A stretch of 64,000 nt of DNA. Source: a virus. Positions 11,801 to 23,800 of this stretch are shown piece by piece (position 1 is the first letter of the stretch; each line of letters starts with the position of its first letter). A model generated the notes under the pieces. That model made no database searches and was not told the DNA's origin. It worked only from the letters and a program-made list of their open reading frames with translations. The translations under genes were made by a program, and so were the position numbers. The stretch covers positions 42,894 through 106,893 of the IMG/VR virus record IMGVR_UViG_3300036770_001342. The stretch is one strand, 5' to 3'.

Positions 11801-14800
11801 AGACGATACGGTCATTTACATTTAAACTCGTAGTATTTTGAACTATGATTTGATTTGATGCATTGATACTTAATGCTTTAATACGTACAAATTCATCTGT
11901 ATCACTGATTGTAAAATTTTCTTTATCTAATACGGCACTTACGAAATAAACAACGTGTTCTTCAATTCCACCAAACACATTTCCAGTAAAGACGATTGGA
12001 ATACCTGTATACAATCCCGTTGTACCGCCAGTGCCTATTTCAGTTAATGGTATAGTTACAACGCTGTTAGTTGAGTTGGTTGCAGTAACATTTCTGATTC
12101 CTGGATAGTATGTAGAAATTATAGCAGTATCAATTACTTGTGCTGTATAGCATTTCAAATTGGTTGCTGATGAACTATCACCTACATTATATACAGGACC
12201 GTATTGAGTTGCACTGATCTTAAATTGTGTTTCATTGATAATTTCATTAACATAATAAGTAGTACCGGGTACAATTAAACTTGTACCGGGTATACCAATA
12301 AATTTAATTGGCATACCTATTGTGAAACCAATTGTAGAACCGCTTGCATTTTCGGTTATTACATCAACATCTAATGTAATAATATCAGATGAACTAGTAT
12401 TAGCAACCGTACGCTCAAACTCTGACCAATCGATTTCGCGCTCATTATCTACATTTACTATAGGCAATACTAATCCATCATTACTTGCAAGTATTGTATT
12501 GATTGGTGGTAAGGTTGACTGCAAGTCTATGCTTGAACTACTGACATTTTCAGTATTATTATAGGATCCTGCAAAGAATGCGCCATAGAATGAGCCAGGA
12601 ACCCAATCAGTTATTTGACTCTCATAAGTTGTTCTATCAAAACGTAATGTAATATTATTTTCACGTATTGGATAACTTGAACTTACTGCACTTGCTTTTG
12701 CACCCAATTCAAACTTATGATTTGATCCAGTACCTTGACTATAAATTTCAACTCTGTTTTGATCTCTTAATGCGTCACTATAATTTGCATAAAGAGCCAA
12801 AATAGTTAATGGGCTGTTACTTAGTACGTTAATATAATAATATTGATTGTTTTCTAATCCACCAATATTTTCACCAGTTACATTAACATAACGAACTAAA
12901 TCGCCTGTCTGCAATGCTGGTGCATACAATTCTATTGTACTTTCAACTGCTGTTACGTTATCACTAGTAAATGTGAATGTTGCAGCAGGGTCGATAACAA
13001 TATTTGGTAATGCTGCATATCCAATACCCGGATTAATTACATTGATTCCTACTACGGAATCTAGACTCATAACTGCTTCTAATACTGCTTCTTCTTTAGG
13101 AGCAGGATATTTTGTTAAGTCTATTTGAGCCAATACTCTAGGAGGATTGCTATATCCTCTACCACCGTCTAATACTACAACAGGAGGCAAGTCAATGAAC
13201 ACGTTTTCACCAGGAATGTGATCATATTCTGGTGTGCCATTTAATCCTCTTGTCAGACCAAATAACGTATTTGTATTGGTATCTACTGAACTATAGCCGA
13301 TAATCTCAAAGCGGGATGGATTTTCAACGTCTGCTATTTTTATTGTTCCATTAATAGGGAAACCTTGAGCATTATCTACAATTAAGAATGTTGCTCCAAT
13401 TGGTAAGTAACTAGCAGTTTCAGTTATTAAATAATTTTCTTGACCTACTAGGCTTACACCGTAGTTGTTTCTCCACTCAGTATATTGTGGTAATTCCCAA
13501 ACTGCATCATCTGGTAAAAACTCATCTTGTTGATTTGGATTACTGTATACAAGTTGAGGAGTTATAAATGATTGTGTAGCAGAGTCATATGCTGCTGGTA
13601 GATCAAAGTCAGTTATATTTCCTTGATAGATATCTTCGCCTGTATATTCAAATAAAAATTCTTTAATTACTACGTGATAAGGTTTAACTTCATTTACATA
13701 GCCGGCTAAAAACTCTTGATTATCAGACTTGAAGTTTTGTAGTGGAACTAATTCACGTATTTTATGTGAAACATCAACGAGTGATGTTTTGTTTAACCAC
13801 GGCAAATAGTTTTGATTTTCAACCGTTTCTGTCTGGATATATTCAAACAATAGAATTAATGATTTGTTACGATAGATTAATAAATCATCGGTATAAATCT
13901 GTTCGTTTAACGCACGAATAATATTGCGTGTTTCTCTACTTGGATATTGATCATATGGGGTAGTGCCATAGAAGTCGTCACCATACCCTGTTTGACCTTC
14001 GCTGTAATCCCAAAGTTCAGTTTTAAATCTTATAGTACCGTTCTGTAAACCAATTCTAGTCCAAACATTGTTTTCATCTAAGCGATAATATTCTGTAAAT
14101 CCCTGACTGTTTTGATTTACTGCTACAATTGTTCCTGTTGCTACAGTTAATGTAGAAAGATCGGCATAAAATTCAACTTGTATTGCCGCTTTAGTATTAT
14201 CATTATAGCCCGGTGACCACCAATTTACACGTTCCCAATATAAAGTAGTGTCATAGTAATCTCCCTTTTCATTTAAGAATGAGATTAAAGGTCTTATTTC
14301 AGTGATAGGGAATAAACTTAATACTGTATTGGCATATTGCAAATAGTTTTGTAATGCGGTATAACGATCATAGAAGAAACTTTGACGTGGGCGCGCCAAT
14401 ACACCAGTTTGTACTAATTTTGGTAAGAATGGATCAGGTAATACACCACCTTCTTCATCTACCCCTGCTAGGCTATCTAATAGTCTGTCATACAGCCCTC
14501 TTGGTTCAAAAATACCTTGAGTTGGATTTACAAATCCTGGCAAGAAATCGCTTGCAAAATCCTCACGTATTAATTGATAAGACTGATGGCTAGGATCGTC
14601 ATTTTGACCATTGCTATAACCTATATGTAAAACACTTTCTTGTGCATTAATATACTGCTGACTGTTATACAATGCAAATACATTAGTATCAACAGGAGCA
14701 AAGTATGTAATACCGGAACTGATAGGGCTAGCAATATAAGCAGCAATATTAACATCTGCTAAAGTTTTATTACCTAATACTAAACCACTATTACGTACCC

Positions 14801-17800
14801 AAAAATAGTATATAGGTTGTATAGTGTTAGAACTATTAATTATTGTTTGTACAGTATAACTATTAACATCTCTAGGTGTGCCGGGACCTTGATATTCAGT
14901 TGGTAATACATTACTACCTACCCATGTATAAACAGCAACATCACTTCCCGGGAATAACGTACCCCAATATTTTGAATTGTAAACATTATCATTTTGATGA
15001 TAATTTACAAATCTCATATTAGTTGTGTCTAACCATATTGTACCTGTTTGTTCTGCGCCCCAAACAAAACCACTTTGTGTATTAGTTTCGTTATTGTATG
15101 TTGCTGGATCAATATTAGATATTGTATCAATATTTTGTCTTATAGCACCTAATAGTTTACCTTGCAATGGATCAAAATAATCCATATTAATCAATGTTTG
15201 ATTATTTTCAGTATTGTAGATTTGAATGTTTTGAATTCTATCAATATCAACAATAGGGTTAGTTTGTCTATATACTGACCAGTTAGGTATACCTAATTCA
15301 TTAATGTATACAATTACTTGACCATCTATGTCGTCTGGACGATAATTTGGTGTACCGATTATAACTTTGTTTTCGTTGAAATCTAACACTCTGCCATAAT
15401 ATGGTTGTGAGCCGTATACTTGATCTTTTGCGTTTACGCTTTGAGCGTAAGTATACGCTCCTATGTTATTTAAATTCTCTTCGTAATTTGCAAGATAATC
15501 ATACATGTATACTGCGCCAGCATTTGGGTATGAATCAACAAATTGAGTAGCATTATTATCAAATACTAAATCGTTTGAATAATCATCGTCATCAACAAAA
15601 TCAAATGTTGTTTGAGCATATCTAGTTCCGCTTGGTGCACTAATTACAACAGAATTACTTTCGTTAAATGCAACAGCATAACCAAATTGTGTTGGACCTG
15701 TTAAATGAGGGCACTGTAACACTTGAGTTTGAGTATATAATGTTAAACCCAATTCTGTAAATGTTGTTAGATCAGTGGCGCTTAATAATAATTTTTCATT
15801 TAAAGTTGCTAAATTTTGATCTATTACAGAAATAATTAGTTTACCATTTGAAGATACTGCTTCAATATTAGTAATTTTTGCTTGATTAATTGTAAGTGCT
15901 GCCAAATCACTATCGCCGGCTGGTAAAGTTACAAGATAACCATTAATTAATAAGTCTCTACTAGTTGTCAAATTTACATTTTCTGTACCAACTACTATAC
16001 CAAAACGTGCACCTGCATTAGTAAATCTATATGCAGCACCTTCTTCATTTGTGCTGTTAAGAGCAAAAGGTGCACCTACTATAATTTCATTACCGAATTT
16101 ATTTGTATCTAATCCAGTACCAAACATAACTCCTATTCTTGGATTAGTTTCCGTTGTAAGAACTTGTGCGAGGTTAAAGTTGCAACTATTAATTTCTAAT
16201 ATATCACCTGCCTTTAATGTGCCGGTGTAACTTAAACTTGTTCCTACAATTGTATATTCTGTATTACTTACGATTCTACCATTGCGATAAATGATTGGAT
16301 CTTGACTTCCAGTTGGTGTAAATGCAAGTGTAAACGTTGATGGAGTTGAAGTTGAGTTTTCTTGAACTTCAAAATTTTGAATCATTCTATTGAATACGTA
16401 GGCTCTGCCCCAATTTTCTGTGTTGACATCGTAATCGTACTCGGGTGATCCAACTACTACAACATTTCCGTAATAATTAGTTGCAATTACAGAACCAAAC
16501 TTGTCTGGGGTAATTTCGGGACTTTCAATTGTAGTTACGAACTCATAATCAATATTAGTTGCAGTTCCCGTGCCTGTTGCAGCAATGCCGTTATATACAA
16601 AATATATACCAACTTTGTTTTCTACTGCACCTAATGCTGTAAAGTCTGTTGTTCCTAATGCGGTAATTTGATAAGTTAGGCCTGTCGTTAATGCGTCTGC
16701 ATTTACAATAGAATTATTTCTACGATATGCATGTACTTTATTTCTTATGTTTAATGGATTTGTGTCGTAATCGCTAACGTACAACCAGTTAGCGTCACCT
16801 GACATTGCCAATCCAGTACCAAAATTAGTTGAACCAGCCGGTGCTGATAATACTGTGCCAAAAATTTCAATGTCATCTGTAATTGTAGTATCATTTACAT
16901 AATAGAAATAAATTGTTGGATCAACTGTTGCTTGCGAAATAGCATAAACATTTTGAGCATAAGCAATATTTGTACCAAAACTTACATCATTTGTAATTGT
17001 TTGATCTTGCTCATAAACTTTATTCAATGCATCATACTGGAATCTATAAACATTGCCTGTGCCTGCATCACCAAACAAGTAATCACCTTTGCTTGTAAAT
17101 GCAACGGAAGAACCAAATGTTACGCTATTTTCAATAGAAAAATCTGCATCGTATTTGTAATTAATACCCTTACGATATACTGCCCATCCGCCATCATTAT
17201 TGAGATCAACCCATGCTGTATTTTGAACAAATTCTTTAGATAATAAATTTAAATTTTGAATATCGCTAGGTTGATTTACACGCTGTGAACTAAAGTTATA
17301 GGCAATACCTTGTCCTGTAACTGTTCTTACACTATTACTTAATACTAATGGTACAATAACTTGATATGGATTTACAATTTGAGTAGCAACATAATATCCA
17401 TTAACACTATTGTCAAAGTTTATAATAGCAAAAATATCAAATTGATTTAAGTTATGCGGTCTATCAAATACAATAGTAGTAGTACCGTTTAAATTTGCAT
17501 TTGCTTCTATGACTTGAGCAATTACATTAGGAGTCATTACCTGCCATTTTGCTAGATAATTTGCTATCCAAACATAATCACCTACGTAAAAATCATTAAT
17601 AGGAACAATAATGCCGTTTTGATTTACCCCTACTGATAATTGCTCAAAGAAGTAAGCACTCATTTTTACATCGTTGAAATTTACATATCCTGCATCCGGA
17701 AATACAGTGCTAGGAGTATATTGACTAATAGTTGGTAAAACATTTGAATTGTTAACTGGTTGTCCGTAATTTGTTAAACTATATAATGGGACTACTTGTT

Positions 17801-20800
17801 GTGCTCCGGGCACAGTTTGTCCGGTAGTTAAACCTACGATACCAGGATTACCTGTTAATAAATTTTGATTGAGTTTAAATTCTATAAAGTTGTTATTAAG
17901 AACACCGCCAAATGTACCGGACATGATTGCCCAGTTTTCATAGATGTTATAATCTATACCACCTTGAGGTAAGTTTGCGCCTTTAAACACACTCAATGCT
18001 GAACGAGTACCTTTTTCTTTAATAAAGTTTTTATAAACATTTACTTGAGTAATGTCAGTTAAATCTGCGCTTGCCATGTAAGGTCTTGATCTAAAACCAA
18101 TCAAACTAAACGCTACTTGATCACCATCTTCTTCTAAATTTGCTTCATTGGTATTATAATACAATGCGCTTTCGTAACTGCGTGTACTACTATTTGGTAA
18201 CAGTCCCTTTTGTATTTCGTTATAATCTGTCTCTTTCCATTCAGTTTCTTTAAATTCTTTACTTGGTTGAACTATTGTTAATGCTGTAAAATACTTGTTT
18301 TTAAATTTGACAATAGCACCCTTAGTATATTTTGTATTCTCGCGCCATTCTTCAATATTATCTTGGTTATAAATGAAACCACTAGCAAACATAGTACCGT
18401 TCCATTCGGCACTCTTAGTACCTTGCAGGAATATACGATTTTGCTTTAAGCCAGATATTAAGTTATAAACAACATCACCGAATATAGTAGTATTATCAAA
18501 AACTATACCATGTTCGATATTACTTAAATTAAATTGTCCATACGCAATACTATCACCTACGTTTAATGCAGACACACTAAACAAAGTACCATCTCTTACT
18601 ATTGATAAGTCTTTTGATTCTATAGGATATAAGTTTTGATTTAATACAAAGTTTGTTTGTCTAAATGTTAGTGGTTGGACAATTTGACTTTCCTTGTCAA
18701 CAACTAACGTATTTGCAGCAGGGTTAAGTGTAACAATGCTCCCTACACTCCAACCTACTTGAGTCCAATATAAGAATTCTGCAACCATCTGTTCCCAATT
18801 AATTTCAAGACCAGATTCAATGATATCAAATTTGGCTCCTATAGACTTCAAATAAGCACCATAACTCATTAAAAACTGTGAAACTTCTTGTGCTGTATAA
18901 AATACTGTGCCGTATGGTATTAATTTAACTGTGCTAGAATAATCATCAGCAACTTTTACAGTTTGATCTTCTACTGTAATAGTTTTACTGTTTGAATTAA
19001 TAACAGGTGATAAAGTTTTAAAGTAGTTAGTAGTTTGACTATTACCAAATATTTTATAGCCTTCTGATGTAAGTTGTACAATTACTGCGCTATAAACTAG
19101 TTTATCATATGGTTGATTTTCATATAACAATATCTGATAACTTTCATCAGGAATCAATAGTGATGAATTTTGAGATCCGGGTGTTCCTTTTTCAACAAAA
19201 AACTTCAACAATGTTTTGTCACTAAAACCTGCAAGACGATATACTAATCTTACATCTAAGTTAGTTAATAAGTTTTTAATATTTGTAGTAGCATCAACGC
19301 CTAATTGTTTTTCGTAATCTACGATCCAATTAATGTAACTAGTTTTTGCGGTGCCATTACCATAAATTTGTACATCTTGAGGAACTAAATGATTTCTGTC
19401 GTCAATTAAAAATTGATTAAATTCTTGATTGTATTTGTAGTTGTCAATGTCTACGCCTAAATTGAAGAAATTAGCAGGCTTCAATAATGCTTGCAAACGC
19501 ATTAAATCATATGGCCAAGTTGAACTACGACGATAACTAAATTCAACCGGTCCTACATCTCCTATAGTCCAATCGCGCTGGAATGTGTTTGGATTATAAT
19601 TACCTACTAATGCGAATAATGGATTAATTAATTCACCTTGATCATTTACAGGTAAAATGTTTAATAAACCCGGACGCTTATAGATTTCGATCTCAATAGG
19701 ATCGCCGTTATTCCAGTCAAGACCATTTTCCATATCTTGCCATAATATTAAGTTATCGCTAGTATATGGGGCAGGACCATAACGTGTTTCCCACCATGCT
19801 GGCTTGTTAGCATAACCTATCATTTGCCAAGGAGTAGCGTTAGGTGTACTTGTATCGAAATAATACAAATATATACCGCGCCAGTTACCCTGCTGTACTA
19901 TTGTTTTGTTTAACTTATCTCTGCTATTAGTATAATTGTATGTGTACTCGTTGGTGCTCAAATACAATTGAGTTTTATAGTCTAATCTGTTTTGTCCTAC
20001 CCAATCTAAAAATGTTGCGCTGTACATGTTTAACCATTCATCATAGTTAACAGTAGAACTTCTAAAATAACCCGGAATAATATCTGCTGCTTGAATTGGA
20101 ATAGTGTTGCTTAATTTTAAGTTATTGTAAACTCTAGTTTCAAATTCTAGTAATACTTGATCTCTATAATCAATTAATCCCAATACAGGATCATAATTTC
20201 CATATAGTTTTGTGTAGGAACCGTCGTGACCAACAATAAAATAAGTTGGTTGATTATATGAATTATCTAATACTACTTCTGGTACGCTTGCAGGATACAA
20301 ACCTAATTTAGTAGGAGTATTAGGTATGTAACTTCCATAAGTCTGATTATACTCTTTAATAATAATCTTATCGCCATTAATCAAATCTTTTGTTACAATT
20401 AATGAAGGAGTATCAGTGCTTATAGTATAGTCAATATTCTTAATTAATTGTTTAGTTACAGTAGTACCTTGCAGTTTAGTTTCCAAATATACTAATACAC
20501 CATCATAATTGGCTGTAGTAAAATTATAAATTTTGCTTAGTGGGAACGTGGTTGTGTCAATATTATTAAAGAACGTATAGGTGTTAGTTATAAACGCTGC
20601 CTTATTTGGTATCATGTCTGACCAAAAGAAAGGCATCTCTTGATTTTTTACGCTTGTAATTTCGTCTAACGCTTCATCTAATAATGCTGATGGATTGTAT
20701 CTTTGTTGCCAATCGATTTTGTTAGCGGTTTCTACTAATAAATTTTTAAATTTTATATATTCTCTGCTATTATACAATAATGAGTCAAATAAACTATGTT

Positions 20801-23800
20801 CCGCTTGACGTAAAAATGCTCCAGGCAATACTAAACTTGCACTGTTTTGAATAATTCTGTTTCCCCATGGAATAATATTACCTAAATCTCTAGTATTGTT
20901 TGCACCAAATACTTGACCTGTTGTATTTGGGTTGTTGTAGAAAATACTCTGATAATGACCACGAATATCACCGATGTCAACTGTTGTTACATCAGAATTG
21001 AATGGGTTGTTACTTAAATTGATAGGTATAGAATAATAAGCATTCTGACTGGTTTGATTGCTTAAAAGTGCAACTTGAATAACTGTTTCAAACAGTGCAG
21101 GAATCTGCACTGTTACATTTGTGAAATTACTACCGTGTTCTACGGTATAGTCTGTATCAATAGTTAAAATATTATTGTTATTGTAAACTTCAATGCTTGG
21201 CCAAATTGTATTTTCGACGTTAAGTTGCGCTATATCACAGTTGACTGTATAAAAAATAGTATCGCCTTCAGCAAACTCAATAGTAGTATCAGGAGTATAT
21301 TTAAATTCAAATATTTGATATTGTACGCTAGGGGCAACAGCCGTTTGCCAACCAATCAATCTTTCAAAATCTGTTCTACTAGTTACATTGTAAACGTATC
21401 CAGTATTAACTTTTTGAGTTTCGGTAACATTTTGTTGTATACCAGTTACATAATTAAACGTGTCTACGTTAAGAGCAACTTCAAACGTAATGTCGCCTAC
21501 ATTATTAATAGAACTATAACTAATTGGAAACCCTAAAATGCTATCATTGATACCTACGCCTGGTTTGTATCTTAATAAATCACAGCCAATAAATGTTGTA
21601 GATTCGTAAAACTCTTCGTTGCCAAAACTAATACCATTTTTATCGTAAACATCAAATTTTGGCGGTTGATTAATTGTTACTTTTTGTTGTGCTTGTATAA
21701 AGTTTTCGCCGTCGTAGTAAAAACTTGTACCCTGATAATTTTGACCACGCAATACAGCAAATTGATCGTTGGCAAGAATTTCGCCATCTAACGCTTCTGT
21801 TAGTGTGATGATTGGATATGATCCGCTAATTGTTTTACTATAGTTTGCAACATAAATTTTATTTTTAAGTAATGGAGTACTTTCATTTAAAAATACAATT
21901 CTTGCGCCTGGAAATAATAGTAAATCACTATTATTTTTACTATTAGCGACAAATGATATTTCTGGGCTTGTAAATGCAGGCGGAACAATTAAACTTGCAC
22001 TGCCCGGAATTATTGTAGGTAATGGGTAAAATACTGTTATGGTATACGTGCTTGTACCTTCAATAGACAAAATTCTAGTATTGGCAGGAAGTTGACTTTG
22101 ATTATAACGTATTTGATCATTGATATACATACCAACTGTCAAATTACCAACAACTTCATGTGCAGGTATTGTAATCGTAGTTGCTGTTAATGAAAGTGAA
22201 GTGCCGTTACCTTGAGTCGCTAATCCTGTACCTACTGCGGGAGCAGTAGCGACAAATGTTTCTCCTACGTATGGAGTAGGCGATGCTCCTATATTTTCCC
22301 ATAATGTAGTACCTAATTGTGTAATTGTATAGGGGATGCCTGCTATAATTTGATTTGAATTTATTTCGCCGGTACTTTGTGCTACAAACAATGTCTCTGC
22401 TGCCTGACCCCCGCCAGAACCTACAATTTCCCCCGAGTATGCGGCTGTAAAAATTGATCCTATGTTATATGTAACACCTATAGTACCTGCTATAGCGTTC
22501 CAATCAGTAGTACCTAATGATGTAATAACATATTCAATGCCCGGTACAAATTCACCCTCAACAAAAACTTTGACACCTAACGCTACCCAAGCAGCAGGTG
22601 CGGTAGTACCAATACTAGTAACTCTATATTGTTGTCCTATTAAAAATTGACCTTGTGTTACAGTTGGGCTTGCATTAATTGTTGCTAATGATGAATAATT
22701 TGTATATGTTTCAACGTCTGGATAATATGCTGCTTCTCCTGCTACAGCAGAAAATGCATCAGTTGTCCTTGTGTCTACAAAGTCTACGCTTGCTTTTGCA
22801 ACAGTACCGCTATTAAACAATTTTAAATTTGGATAAAACTCAAGTATAGGTCTTTTTGCTTTATTTGCAGAATTTGCAAATGTTGTTAAAATATTAGGGT
22901 CATCATTATATTCTGCTGTCGCTTTAATCACATCACTGTGGAACCAGCGGTTACTACGTGACCAAGCATTTCTATTAATGCTATTTCTTGCAATAGTAAT
23001 ATAATCTGGATTTTCAGGTATAAACAGTGCAGCATCAAAATTACCAATATCAAAATTTGTAGTATCATATGGTAATGATGTTTCTGTAGTAAAACTTTCT
23101 GGTACTACTAAAGTTTCTACAGGTATTAGTTCAATTGCTGTACCTACACCCTGAACGTAATATTGTCCAGACAAATAACTTGTTGGAATAACGTCGCCAT
23201 CAAATTCTACTTTAAGTCCATTAGTAAACACTACACCGTTAGTAGAAGTAAAATTCTTTTGACCTAATATTTGAGTGTTTACGTTTAATGTATTAAGCGA
23301 ATTACTTTCGATTAAACGTATTACCCCTACCTTGTTAGGATTTGTACCGTCTTGATAATATAATGTATCAAGCGGTGCTGAAATATATGGATATTGTTCT
23401 ATAAATCCATCTTGATTTTTAAAGAAATTTAATCCGACATAAGCAGTACCAAATTGAGCAGTAATTTTTTGTTCAGTTGGTATTAATCCACTTATTGCAG
23501 GAGTTAGTTTAATAACCGGATCGTTAATATCTCCTACATATGTAATTGTAAAGAAATAATCATTAACGTTGACATAAAATCCTTCTTCGTATAAACCTTC
23601 ATTTACTCTTACGGTCATTGATCCCGACGCTGCCGGTCCAGGAGTAAATGTGGGGCCATTTAGTGACTGGCTTATTGTAATAGTGCTGTTACTAGGATTG
23701 ATTGTTTTTACATAATAAATGAATGGATCATAACGTTTTACCTTACCTGTACCTGAAATAGGACCGGTTGATGTAAATATTTTTCCATCCTGTAAATCAT